Shown piece by piece: positions 25,621-39,551 of a stretch of 64,000 bases of DNA. Source of the stretch: Octopus vulgaris (lineage: Eukaryota); NCBI GenBank assembly GCA_951406725.2, contig OX597818.1:95852001-95916000 (forward strand), read 5' to 3'. Made by a program: the position numbers and the translations under genes. The notes beneath the pieces are model-generated. The model saw only the letters and a list, made by a program, of their open reading frames with translations, did not search any database and had not been told where the DNA came from. The first letter of the stretch is position 1, and the number at the start of each line of letters is the position of its first letter.

Positions 25621-25739
25621 TATACATACACACACACTCATATAAGTATTTTGCATTATATAACTATGTCCATATAAGTGTATATACATAGATACATATA
25701 CATATTTTATGTATGTGTGTGCGTGCATGTGCATGTGCT

Positions 25740-25770
<31 letters not shown>

Positions 25771-25887
25771 ATTATGCATTGCTGAAAGTATTAGAGAGTG
25801 CTATTTACTTGAAACAGGATCTTTTATTTCTACTTCTATACTCTGATTTAATTCAAGTTTACATACCACATGCACATGTTGTCATGC

Positions 25888-25933
<46 letters not shown>

Positions 25934-25974
25934 TTACTTGTCTGTTTGTCTATCTGTATGTGTATATGCATGTT

Positions 25975-26028
<54 letters not shown>

Positions 26029-26079
26029 GTGTATGTGTGTGTATGTGTGTGTGTGTGTCTGTATTCATATATATAAATA

Positions 26080-26485
26080 TCTAATATAATAAATGCAAAA
26101 ACTAATTTCTGTATATCAGGGTGTCACACTTAGACCCCCCTCTCTCACTATTCAATGACAGCCCTACTATTCCTCATGATGGGGTGAGAGTAATAGTAGG
26201 CATAGAGATGGTGAGGGTAGTGGCTAAGACAGAGAGAATGAGAGAAAGAAAAAGAGAGGTAGAGGAAGAGAGACAAGAGATTTAGGGAGAGTTGATGATG
26301 TTTTATTAAAAGTAGTAGTGTTGATGGTGGCAGTAAGAGTAATAATAAAAGAGAGAGAAAGAGTGTGTATGTGAGAGAAAGGGGGAGATGATGTAAAATT
26401 TTGTTTAACCATGTCTCTTTGACAGAAATTCCTGTTGCCAACATACTGAGCACTATCATTTTTGTTTTATTTTTTGCTCTCTTTA

Positions 26486-26516
<31 letters not shown>

Positions 26517-27310
26517 AATACACTTTAATTGAAATAAAGTTTCCCCAAATTAAAACATATCTGATATATTAAACATGAATGTTAGTGTGTCACACTTTTT
26601 CAACATTAATAAGTCCTTTCTACTGGAAGCACAATTTTGGGGGAAGGGATTAAATCAATTACATTGACACCAGTACGTAATTGGTGGTAATTTTATAGAT
26701 CCTGAAAAGATGAAAGGCAAAATCGACCTCATTGGAACTTGAAATCAAAGCCTAACGGCAGATGAAATACTGCTAAGCATTTCACCCAGCGTGCTAACGA
26801 TTCTGCCAGCTCACCATTTTAATATAATATAATAAATGTGATTGTCAGTGTGTCATACTTTTTCAATTTTACTCCTAGAGACCATAACCCAAAATATACC
26901 ACTTTGGAATCAGGTTGACTCTGTGAGTAAATTAAGAACATTCCAGGCTAAATCCAGACCCATAATCCTGAAATTTTGGACTTCAAGTTTCCATTACTGT
27001 GATTGTTTTCAGCGCTTTTTTTTACATGACTTTTTGCAGCAAATTTTTTTGTATGATAACAATTTTTATAATCTAAAGGCTAACTCCTAGCCGAATCCAG
27101 ACTGCAATCCTGAAATCTTGGATTCCTATCTTTACATTACTGCAATTGCTTTCGGTGATTTTTTTTTACATGATTTTTTGTGACGAATATGATCACCGTT
27201 GGGATATGACACTGGAGGAAGAAATTGCAACAAATTCTCCAAAACAAGCCAGAGATCTGTTTGCAGATCTTCCCACTCAGTGTCAGTTGCTTAAAAGCTA
27301 TATACTAGCT
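26080..27310 (+). mobile_element. Possible old Helitron-like element interrupted by a SINE and microsatellites
   Basis: A|TCTAATATAATAAATGC start, recurring GTGTCACACT, and an internal ~140-bp duplication. CTAG occurs near 27306, but the 3' end is uncertain. Confidence 0.35.
26615..26815 (-). mobile_element. tRNA-derived SINE, second family
   Basis: Matches 47690-47917 (GATGAAAGGCAAAATCGACC...TGCTAACGATTCTGCCAGCTC). Confidence 0.8.
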
Positions 27311-27456
27311 TAAAAGCTGCACAAGTACATATACACATATCCTATCTATCTATATTATATATTCTTTTGTCTGTCTGTCTTTCCAAATACACACATATAA
27401 TATAAATGCACATAGAGATATAGACATAGGCATGAAAATCTACATACATTGAAACA

Positions 27457-27543
<87 letters not shown>

Positions 27544-28899
27544 AACTCGGAAAGCTATAGATGATATTGCTTTAAACTGTATGAAAACATGTGATAACTT
27601 GTATTTGACAATCAACACCAGTTTGCATACAAGAGCTATTATTCTGAAACAATGCCTATGAGACAGCTGTAATGAAATTACCTAATACTAGCCATACAGA
27701 TGGTTATTAAGCTAGAAAAAAAGTCACTAAGCACTGCAGAATTCAATATATAAATACTGTCATAAGGTGATGGTAAAGAACAAATGTGCTGCACACCAAT
27801 TTCATATGAAAAATGTATTGTTTACATTGTACATTAATACTGAAATCTACACTCTTAAGGCAAATTAATAACTCTGAAACATAACCACAAAACTTTGGGT
27901 GATAAACTCTATTACCAAAAATGATTAACATCATTGAGTATAAGTTTATATCTAATCTACAATTGCATATCAGAGAATATGCAATTAGAATAGCCTCTTC
28001 TGAAGATTTTAAATCATTTTCATTTAAGATCTTGAAACAAAAAATAAATGTGAGTGTTTACTATTATTCATTATGTATAAATACAGTCAAAAGAAAATAT
28101 TGTATAAACACCAACATTTGGAACATATTCAATTAAATATTTACATATTTGAGTTGAGCTTTTCCTTAATAAAATTATAATTTTTCTTTATTAACTTCAG
28201 ATGTACTTGTGTGTTTGTGTTTCTTTATATCTGCACTTGCTTATCTGAAAGTTATGATGTTCAAGCATTGTTGTTTTTGGTGGTGTTGTTGACAATACTG
28301 CTGTCAGTAAATCATCTGCTAACATTATGCCTTTAAAGTCGTGTTGAGTAAGAGGTCTGTTACTTAAAAAACAGATAAAGGTTATCCCCATGAAGTGTAT
28401 CTGGCTGTAGAACAAAGCCTTAATAACATATTTGTCAAACCCATGCTATTATGCAAAATGGATGTAAAAGGAATGAATACTATAATTTGATCAGTTTGAT
28501 CTCTGTCATCAGGTCTGTAATATTTGTTTATTTTTAAACTAAGAATAATGAATGTGATTAGTTTAGTAATAAATCTAGTTCAAGTCAGTCTCGGATTATG
28601 TACACTTGTCAAATCTAGTGTTTGATATCCAAGAGTTAGCCACTAGATGACAGTTTGAGATCAAATCAATAGCTACAAAGTATAAAGATAAATATTGAAA
28701 ATAAACACTCTAAAAATGAGGTTAACAGTCTGTAAAATTATAATCTTACAAAGTATCAGCTCTAAAATTTTCATTAAAGCTGTAGGAAATCTACACAATA
28801 GTAAGACAAGACATGAAGAGACTTAATAGTTGGATACAAGTATATGATGCTGCTGTTCTACAGAAAGCCCTACCTTTGTATAGTACAAAATACTACATA

Positions 28900-29600
28900 G
28901 CACAATTGATATATCTAATTGGTTTGCCATAGCGCAAAGAAGTCTTGTTAGCAGGAATGAAAACAGCCACTTGACAGAAAAACTATAGGCCTGTTACATG
29001 CTTAAACAGCTTTACACAAACTGTTCCAACAAAATTTTTTCAATACAATTGTGAATCTAATAAGGTGGTGACAGAAAATAGGTGTGAAAAAATTTTTGCT
29101 AAACTACTTTTAGTTTATAAACTTCTGTCTGAAATTAAAAGGGAACAATGCTGAAATTTTGCAACAGTGTGGTTTAACTATAGAAAAGCATTTAACTGTT
29201 TCTCTAGTGATGACTGTAATAATCCCTATACTTGACCTTTGTTGCTGTTATTGCAAAGCTCGTGAAGACTTGGCCAACCATCCTAGTCTTTGTAACTGAT
29301 GCTACAGATTTTCCAAAAGGAATATTCCAAGGACATAATCTTTATGTTTCTGTTTATTTTGGAAAAAAATCCACTGCCATTTCTGCAGCTGCAGTAAAAG
29401 TTGAATGGTTATTTTCTAGGATCTACAGCAGCAAGAAAGATCATGTAGCCTAAAATTTTTATATTGATAATCTAAAGGTTGAAACTGGAAATATCCATTA
29501 TTCTAAGAAACTGATGGATCTGATAACATTTTCAGGTGAAATAAGGATAGAATTTGGTCAAAAGAAATGTTTGCATTTCATAGCTGAACGCAGGAAAACT
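28900..29600 (+). pseudogene. Highly decayed non-LTR RT (R4/Dong-like)
   Basis: Collinear motif remnants NYRPVTCLN, FNYRKAFN, KGIFQG, FYIDNLK and IRIEFGQKKC. Confidence 0.7.
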
Positions 29601-29980
29601 TATTTATATCATGATTTTCTCTGTTTTTCCTATTTCTACACAATGAGTATTACAAGTATCTCATTATTTGTGAAAATGTATTGTACAAAGATGCCCTGAT
29701 CAAAGTTGCAATGACTAAGGAATATTACACTGAATTTACTAAACATGGTAGTCAGATACTTTCTTCTCACAGGATAATATTTTACTTTGCATTTGCAGTA
29801 AAGGTATCAGCTTTGGGGAAATTTGACGAGATTACATAGGAAACTTGTTCTATCAATATTAAAACCTGTATGTCTCTAGTATAAATTGAAAGCCTCTACA
29901 CAATACTAGATTTAGGCTTAAGCTAAACAGACTACCACTTAAGACTTAACAATTTGCAAGGGTCTTAAAATAACTAAAAG

Positions 29981-30041
<61 letters not shown>

Positions 30042-30062
30042 GACACACACACACACACACAC

Positions 30063-30096
<34 letters not shown>

Positions 30097-30706
30097 CACA
30101 TTTTCAATTTTTGTGATACATTCTGGTGTAATTCTTTAACAAGATTTCCAGGCTTATATAGCTTAGAGCCTCGCTAAATCTAAACATGGTATGGTGATAT
30201 TGATAGACTTTAACTGAGAGAACAGATAAAGTAGAAATCTGCAGTCCATTAAGATTTAAATCATGTAGAGCTTATTTTAAAGTTGGTAAAGGATGTTGCC
30301 ACCTGTGAACTTCAGATATTTCTGATGTATGATTCATGTGTTGCTGCTATTTTGTATCAGGTCAACCTTGATCAAGTAGACACAAGGTCTCTAGAATTAC
30401 ATTATTCAAAGTAACTTTCCATTTTCAGAACATGATATGTGAGAGGTTTAACTGGTATTTCTAGCAGTTCAAGTGACTATACAGAGGCTTGCTCATTGGC
30501 TCATCATTGTCATTTAGGGTTGAATTGGTCCTGAAATTGAGCTGAACTATATTGAAAGGCATTCTAGCAGCGACTATCCTGTCTTTATTTTTAAATATAG
30601 TATATGCCAGACTTTATCCAATTTGTCCTTCATCTTTTAAGACAACAGATCATAATGTAAGAAGCATTTGTGTGCTAATAGTATCAGACTGAGTGACCAT
30701 GTAGAA

Positions 30707-30849
30707 CAGTCATGGGCAAATTGCAGTCCAAGGGACATTCTGAGTGGCATGCCTAATGAAAAATTATGTCAAACCTTTTTAGTAGTGTTGTATGCCTAAT
30801 GATGGGACATGATTCATGCAGCCTGCTTTTCAAAAGTTGCCCATGTCTG
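30707..30849. mobile_element. hAT-like MITE (143 bp)
   Basis: TIRs CAGTCATGGGCAA / TTGCCCATGTCTG. No 8-bp TSD is recognisable. Confidence 0.6.
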
Positions 30850-33800
30850 GTGTTGTCGGAGTCTTTGTTGTTTCTGCTGTTGGTCATAGTGTAAGGAGTG
30901 CAATAATAGTGTCATATCTTTGACATGTTGCACTGGACTAAGAAAATGATCTCCTTCTCTACCACCAGTGGATTAAAAATCAGCAATAATACAAGGATGG
31001 CTTCCCACTCTGATGTTAAGTTATTACAGTAACAAAATTGTTATAATGTTTCTCCCCAGCCAATGAACAATGCCACACCTGCATGTAGTCCCCACCTTCC
31101 TTCTATTCTAAACAATGTTCTTATTCCATTCTTTCTTAACTCCATTGCAGTCTAGTAATGCACCAACATTACTATGAATATTTAATTATTTTCATGTACA
31201 AGTTGCATTTCCACATCACTGCACCACTAAAAATATTTAAAATTATTATCAAACCTTTGTTGCACAATTGTTAAACTTCAAACTAGATTCTCATCTAATA
31301 TTGCTTTTTATATTTATTTGTCCAATTGTGTCATAGTAAGAAAAATAACATTTTGAAATTGCAACTTGATCGATTCCCTGAATCATCTATGCGCTTTGTG
31401 CATCATTAACCATGAAGCTGTCTACACAATGTGACTGAATTTAGGGCATACACTTGTATGGAAGAAAATCAATTGATGTGGCTTGACTGAATAGGTTTGA
31501 TGACTGATTAGAAGGTTTGGTTGGTAGCTCTGTATCATTATGTTTAGGTAAATAGGATGTTATCTAATAGTGTGGCGGTTACTGCAGATGATTCTGACAC
31601 ACCTAGAGCTTGTGGTCAATGTTGGCCAAGAGACAGCTCAACACAGATCTTTGTCTGTTGGTGGTTCAATTAATCAATCAAGCAATTAATCAATACTTAG
31701 CTATCTCGTGCAGCAATTGCTTGACTTTTTCTAATGAATAGATGTCCATCAATAGATGATTTGTGCTATTGACTTGAAGAGAGTTTCTCTTGGATTTGCT
31801 CATGAGATAATTTGAGCTCAGCTATGCTGGCCAACATTAATTTGTTACACAGAATTGCAACTGAAAAAGTTGTAAGTAGACACCGCTTCTTGTTATCTAC
31901 ATACAACTAGGAGCAGTGCTTTAACTATGGCACTGAAAAAGCTGTACATCATTTAGTGTAAATTCAGAATCTTAGTAAACTGGTGGTCAGCCATATCAGT
32001 AACTATTAGTCCTTAGGAGAGTTCTAGGAGACCTCGAGAAGTTCAGTATATTGCAGGGTGGACTAAAGAATATAATGTTTCAGGCCCTTACTCTTTGTTT
32101 ATTGTTTTGCTTGAAATCAGTAGGAAAAAAAAATAGTGTTTAACTGTGTGGATTGTAAAAGGGTAGTGAGGACATGTAAGTTGTGTAGTTTTCTAGTGAA
32201 GGCATATTGTAAGAGGTGTAGTGTGACAATGATGATAGGTTATGCGGGGTACATATGTTAATGAAAACATGTATAGGATATAGTGATGATATGCTGTTTG
32301 GTATGTAGTGTGGTACTGAGGAGAGTATGTTGTGTGGGATGTTTGGTGGTAGCTAGAACATGATGCTGAAGTTTGCAGTATGATAGCAAGGATATTATGT
32401 GTGGAGTGTAGAGTAGCAGTGTGGAGTGGAGTGTGGTATGTGGGAAGTGTTTTAAGTTAATGAGATAATGCTGTGTTGTGTCATGATAGCATTTTGTTCT
32501 GTGTGTAATGGGTCAGTGAGAACAGGTGTGACTAGACTGGTAGTGAAGATGTCATTGCATAGCCTCAGATCAACTCTGCCTGAGAGGACCTATGACAAAA
32601 AGCATTCTAGCTGTGACTGCCTCAGCTATTTCTTTTCCCAGACTAACTTTTTTTTCTTGTTTCCTAGGACTCATACGGCTGGTTACCTGGTTTTCATGGC
32701 ATATGAGTGACCAAGATCACAACATTCTCCATGAATGGGATCCTGGTCTGTTGCTGGGCTGAGGACAGCAATTTTTAAGGGGAGTGGGAAAGTTGATTAT
32801 ATTGATCCCAGTACTTGATTGGCACTTTATTTTATCAATCTTGAAAGGATGAAAGGCAAAGTTGACCTTAGTGAGATTTGAACTCAAAATGTAAAGAGCT
32901 GGAAGAATGCCATTAAGCAGTTTGTCTGATTCTGTTAGCTCATTGCCTTAGATTATCTAACTAGGACTAACTACATTATCCAATATGTATTTTCACAAAT
33001 TGGCATGAAAATAGAGTGTGATTAGATAAAGGCTAAGTAAAGGACCCTTCTTTAGCTTAAATGAGAATGCCTAGGATAGAGTGTAGTTGGAAAGTCATGT
33101 TGTTTGAGGTGGGGTGTGACAGTGATGTGAGATAAAATGTTATGTGGCATATAGAGTGGTCACAAGTGTATGTTGTGTGGTATACAGTGAAATAGAGAAG
33201 GTGGGGTATGTTACATTTATTTTATGATCTAGTTTCTTCATATATCAGTGAGAGCCATGGTAGTGGCCTGAGTTATGATGGTCAGGTGGAACTTTGGTGA
33301 AAATACTTGACATCTTTTATGTTGATTGTCAAAACAGCATATCATGTGTATGTCATGCAACAATAGCTGTTATATTTCATTTGAAGTATATATGTGTGTC
33401 TTGTGTTTTTCTGATATAAGTGGGAGATATGGGGTTTTTAGAACAGTGTTGTGGGTTTCCTCTCTCATCTGAGCTCAAATCCTTCTGGGAGTTGTTAAAA
33501 TTGGCAGCAGAGTTATTCAGGGATCAATTCAAGTGAACATAATATTTCTGTTGCAAAGCTTAACTTGTAACTTAAGTTCATCATCATCATCATTATCATC
33601 GTTATTCTTCAAAATTTTTCCCTGTCAGTTAAGTAATTCTTTTGAATGTACAGAATCAGTAGAGCACTAGAGAGTACAAATCACACTGGTGTTGAATTTA
33701 TTCTCATTCTTCCAGAATCAGTTAATAAGTTATAACAAAATACTGGGGTCAATATAATTGACTGTTCTACCAACAAAATATGTGGCCTTGGCTTACATTA

Positions 33801-33973
33801 GAAATCATTGTTATTAAGTAATCATTAATATTAATGTTGCTATAGTTGTTAATAATGCAGTCATACTGCTTGATTGTTGCTATTGTTTTCATTATCATCG
33901 TCTTCATTATCATCATCATCATCATCATCATTATCGTATCTGTGTCTGTCTGCCTGTCTAAACTTTTAAGTTA

Positions 33974-34331
33974 CAGTAGAACCTCACAGTATGAGTGCCC
34001 CATTGTATGAGTAATTTGCTATATGAGCTGAGACTCATGCAAATTTTTGTCTTGAATTACAAGCGGAAATCCTCAGTAGGAGCACACAAATTGTCCTATC
34101 TTTAAGGTAATTCAGTTAATAAAACCAGTTTACATATTTCTTTTGCATTCTCTTTTTTATAATTGTCATTTTACTTTTAACTACATCTTTTCTATTTTAA
34201 AACACATAAAAAATTATTTTTGAGTGGTTTTTGGGGGCTGGATTAGATTAATTATATTTTAGTTAAATGAGTAAATCGTAAGACAAGCTTGGTCATGGTA
34301 CAAATTAAACTCATACTGCGAGATATCACTG
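33974..34331. mobile_element. pogo/Tigger-like MITE (358 bp)
   Basis: TA|CAGTAGAACCTCACAGTATGAGT ... ACTCATACTGCGAGATATCACTG|TA. Confidence 0.75.
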
Positions 34332-34775
34332 TATTTATATTTTGACAACCCAACATAACCAGTAAAGATTAACTGGTGAATAGGCATGTGCTATATGACA
34401 TGCTTATTATTGTTGAAAATATGAAGTAATATGAAACTCATTCTCATCTTTAAATATTGCAAGCTATTTGTCAACAATTAAAATCCCTCATGTATAGCAC
34501 TCCAGCATTGGTTTCCACTTTCTCTCTGACCATGCACCATTTACATGCATCCAACACACCACATGCCAAACCTGCTCAGGTTCCACAACCAAAAATTTGC
34601 CATGCCAACCTTGTTTCTTATAACTGAGAAAAAAACAAAACAATCAAGCACTGCTCATATCAAGAAAATACCACTGTACCATATTCTCTCTAAACCTGTG
34701 TACCACTCAATTACAGTCCTTACTATCACTCCAAATACTGTGCCATGAATGCATTGTGAGGCTCACTCTGACATA

Positions 34776-36052
34776 TTGGATCATCCCATAAATAATATGG
34801 TTTTTTTCAATTGCATGAACTAAAAGTTGGAGGGGGATGGGATAAACTACCTGCATCAACTTGCTATAAAAGCAGGTAGTAAGTTTACTTTGCCCTTATT
34901 CTTAGTGCAAATTTTGAAGAGTGCAGGTCGCTTTTAACAGTTATTTTTTCAAAACTATAATGGAAGTGACAAAGGAGCATATTTGGTATATTTTGCTTTA
35001 TGAGTTTAATAAAGGCAACAACACAACAGAAAGTGCAAGGAATATTAATACAGTATATAGAGATTGGACGATAAGTGTAAACCAGTGTCAATGGTGGTTC
35101 CAGAAATTCCAAGCCAGAAACTTCAGCCTAGAAGATGATCCTTGTCCTGGAAGATTTGTAGATTTCGATGAGGACAGCTTGCAAATCCTGGTGGAACAAA
35201 ATCCCATTGTAGCTGTTGAGGAACTAGCAGAGAATCTTGGATTTGGTCATTCAACCATTCATCGGCACCTGTATGCCATCAGCAAAGTCATCAAATTGGG
35301 TCAATGGGTTCCTTACAAACTATCTGAGTTTAATCATGCATAGAAAGTGAATGTGTGCTCTTCTTTGCTGTCATGTCTCACAAATGAACCTTTTTTAGAT
35401 TGAATAGTGACTGGTGATGAGAAATGGGTTCTCTATAAAAATGTCAAGTGCCGAAGACAATGGGTAGGGAAAAGAGAAACACTGGCACTCCAGGCTAAAA
35501 AAGGTCTTCACCCATATAAGGTGTTATTATCTGTTTGGTGAGATATGAAAGGTTTAGTCTACTTTGAAATTTGAAACCCAAACCAAATGATAACAAAGGA
35601 GATCTGCTGTGAGCAGCTTGAGTGGCTTAAGTGACCTCTAGAAGAAAAATAACCATCTTTAGTTTCAAGACAAAAGGTGTTCTTCTATCTGGATAATGCT
35701 TGACCACACACAGGAAGGACAACATTCCAAAGGCTTGAGCAGTTTGAATGGGAAACGATGCCCCACCCACCATATTTGCTGGACATTGCCCCATCTGATT
35801 ATCATTTATTCCCCAGTCTTCAAAATCATTTGGACAGAAAAAATATGAATTCTGTAGACAAGGTCAGAACAGTACTGGAGTATTATTTTTTGTCATGGAC
35901 AAGTGAATTTTGGAAGAGGGACCTTGCAAGTCTACCAGATATATGGAAGAACATTGTAGAAAATGAAGGAGAATATATTCTAAATTAAAAAGAACTTTAT
36001 TTTAATTTTTGAAAAATAGAAGTATAAAAAAAACCGCATTATTTATGGGATG
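34776..36052 (+). mobile_element. Near full-length mariner, transposase inactivated by stops
   Basis: TIR CATCCCATAAATAAT / ATTATTTATGGGATG. The frame 34960-35988 spans 343 codons with WVPYKL, VTGDEKW, DNA and YLLDIAPSDYHLF motifs and several in-frame stops. Confidence 0.92.
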
Positions 36053-37157
36053 TCTTTTTGTTCATTAATGGCCTACATACTGTACTGTTACCAACAACTA
36101 CACATATATTTCAAATAAGATGACACTTCTATGAACCCCACCTTGACCTTCCATGCAAAAACAACAACTTAGCTCATACTGGATATGATAAGTTGTTTAT
36201 AGTAACGACTAAAGAAGAAAAGAAAAGCAGTGCATCCTCAAATAGAGGTATGGCAACCTAATCTATTTCAGCAGCCCACAGTTATAATTACAGCTATTCA
36301 CAATAAAAGGAACAGTCTTGCACTACATTCTCCATATATGACACTAAAATTCTTTAAGTTTCTACAAATGCTAACCACACAATCTCTGATGAACTTTCAT
36401 AGTGACTTTACATGTTCAAAATATATAAACTTCATTACATACATAATTTTTTTGTGAACACAGATAGAGTTTAAGTACGAGCTACCTTGAAATATTGCTC
36501 ACAGAATGTTATTGCTATGCTCACAAACATATCACATCAAGTCCAAAAGAAGGCTGTTTGAATTATTGGTGAAGATCGATACACTAACACACAACAACTA
36601 TGAAGTACAGGTGAAGTTTGGGGCAGAGTGATAGAAAGTAATAGAGGTAAAGGTGGTCAATAGTAAAAGTGAGTGACAGATGTGACAGATGTGAATGGCT
36701 GGTAGGGAGAGAAAATGGTGACTGGCAATACAGAGAGTTAATGATATGGAGTATCTGGTATTGTCTCCATTAGTTACACTAGCAGAATAATATAGCAAAG
36801 GAGGAAAAAAGATTGAGTAAAGAGAAGGGTGGGGCAGTGATGGAGTTATGAATGGATAGAGAAATAAGTACTAGAGAGATGAAGGACATAGAGGTAAGAG
36901 GGTAACAGATGCAGACTTGGCAAAGACATATTGAGAGACCCAAATATATGCACATACACATATACATGCACATAAGTATACTTACACATATATGTGTATG
37001 TATACACATATATTGTGGCGCAACTGAGCACTGTATACAATAATTTCATTATTATATATAAATACATTCCTAAGTATAGGTGTGGCCATGTGGTAAGAAG
37101 TTTACTTCCTAACCACATGGCTCTGGGTTCAGTCCTATTGTAATGCACCTTGGACAA

Positions 37158-37193
<36 letters not shown>

Positions 37194-37197
37194 TTAT

Positions 37198-37571
37198 ATA
37201 ATGAAATGTTAGTGCCAAGCAGTGTTTAGGCACAAGCAAAATTTAGGTTAGTTAAAATTTTAACTGCTAAAGCAAATTCACTGCAGCTATCATGGAGAAA
37301 AGGTGTGAAGACACCTAGTTTGTTCAGTGTTGCCATCTATCAGGAATCCCAGACATCGACGTTTCAAGTATTTGAAACATCCCATCTTGTCAATGGTATG
37401 TACCTAACAGAAGCAACTCTGAACAAACATATTGTATAAAGCAATAATTTTATGTAAAATTTAGTCAACAATGTTGACTGTTTTGCACTGGTAAATTTCC
37501 CAATTGAGGAAAATAATGAAATGTTAGCACCAAGCAGTGTTTAGGCATAAGCTAAATTTAGGTTAGTTAAA
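37198..37571. mobile_element. 374-bp element with 59-bp direct terminal repeats (PLE/retrozyme-like)
   Basis: 37198-37256 and 37513-37571 are near-identical direct repeats with a period of 315 bp, flanked by TA-rich sequence. Confidence 0.6.
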
Positions 37572-37622
37572 TATATTTGTTACACATATAGTTTTATTAA
37601 AGCTGCAGAATTATCACAAAAT

Positions 37623-37714
37623 TGTTACTCAGAGTTTCACATTCCCATTCATTGGACAGTGAAAATTTTCATTACAACTGTCCGACAAATGGGGACGTGA
37701 AACTCTGAGTAACA
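37623..37714. repeat. Inverted repeat whose two arms are degenerate hammerhead cores
   Basis: Plus arm: ACTGT-CCGACAA-ATGGGGACGT-GAAA-CTCTGAG-TA-ACAGT. Minus arm: ACTGT-CCAATGA-ATGGGAATGT-GAAA-CTCTGAG-TA-ACAAT. Confidence 0.8.
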
Positions 37715-37956
37715 GTTTTCTGTTACTGTTTAGTTTATGTCAAACCTGTTCTAACAGCTCTTCAGTCAAGCATATTCCAACCATGTCCATCCCATCTTTT
37801 ATTTCAAACATAGTTTATATCAGATTACATTATTTACTGTATCCTTCCTTTTTAAAGATGGCAGGGTATGATTTGAGGGAGATTTGACTGCTTTTCTTGT
37901 AAGCCAATTGACTACATAGAGGATCCCTTACTCACTTTTGTTTTACTGATGATGGC

Positions 37957-38033
<77 letters not shown>

Positions 38034-38043
38034 CTGCAATAGT

Positions 38044-38102
<59 letters not shown>

Positions 38103-38105
38103 CAG
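37957..38105. repeat. (TAG)n(CAG)n(TAG)n repeat
   Basis: Directly visible. Confidence 0.95.
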
Positions 38106-39517
38106 TATTGAAGTTAATGTGGTGGTGGTGATGATGGTGGTAGTGATGATCAATTAAGACAACCAGCAGTTATATCTGAATAAAATATCTGTTTGCTGTG
38201 ATGGGTGGAGTTAAATTGTGAAATAACCATATTTGGTGGTTGGTAGGATGTTACTTATAGAGTAACTAATTCTCAACCTTAGCAGAGTCCAAGCATTAAG
38301 GAAGTTGATGTCAAGTAAGAAGGTGATGGATAGGTGTTATGGCTAAAGAAATATATTATGGATAAAGCGAAGTGTAATAAATCATAGAGGTTGCAGAGTA
38401 TAACTATTTTCTATGGCAAAATACAATAGTGTGTTATAATTTATATGCTGATGAACTGTAATGTATACATACACTGGTGTACATACTGCATGCATTAGTG
38501 TATTGTAAAGTATACAATTGTATACTGGGATATACATATAATATACCAGTGTACTGTAATCGTATATACATTAGGGTAGTATAGATTGACAGAATCATTA
38601 GAGATAGAAGAATTGCTTTGTAGTATTTGTTCCAACACTTTAAATTCTATTTTCAGATCCTGCCAGACTCAATTTTGCTTTTCATCCTTTCAAGGTTGAT
38701 AAAATAAAGTACCAGTCAAATTTTGGGGGTTGTTGGTATTGATTAATCCCCTTTCTTCAAAATTGCTGGTCTGGTGTGCCAAAAATTTAAACTATTATTA
38801 TTATTATCATTATTATTATTATTATTATTATTATTACTTTTTTTTTTCTTCTTTCAAATTTTCTTCCATTTCTTGCCGAGTGTCTTCCCGACTCCTAGGG
38901 CAAAGAAACTCATAGTGTATATTATTATTATTATTATTATTATTATTATCATTATTATTATTGTTGTTGTTGTTGTTGTTATTATTATTACTGTGTCAGA
39001 GAGCAATGCATGCCATTAAAGCAAGACTGGGGTACAAATATATGAAGCTCAATATACCTATCATAACTACCCATCTGGTAAGGGTACACCAGGCACATAC
39101 ATCACAACCACAAGTATACAACATGATGATCTCATATCAAGATAAATGGTACATGACTTTGCAGGTGAGGCCCAGTTAGAATTTTATTCAGGTCAAGTAG
39201 CCCATCCCACTCAAAGGTCTTTGAATAAAGTTTGTTTAAGGATGATGAATGAAACCCCATGTTTCCAGAGGTGAATTATTCAAACCCTAAAGAATTTCTT
39301 TCAACACATAGCTATGATACTCCCTCATTATTCCTGCTTATGATCAGAGTTGCATATATCATCAGCCACTATGAGACATGCTCAACTGATTAAGTTCAAG
39401 CAACTGACTAGCAAATCTGAGGTATTGAGCAGAATATTTACTATAGCCCATCTTTTATACCAAGACAAAACATGTATATAACACTTCCAAACAGTTAAAA
39501 TCAGAAGCCAAGAGCCA

Positions 39518-39549
<32 letters not shown>

Positions 39550-39551
<2 letters not shown>

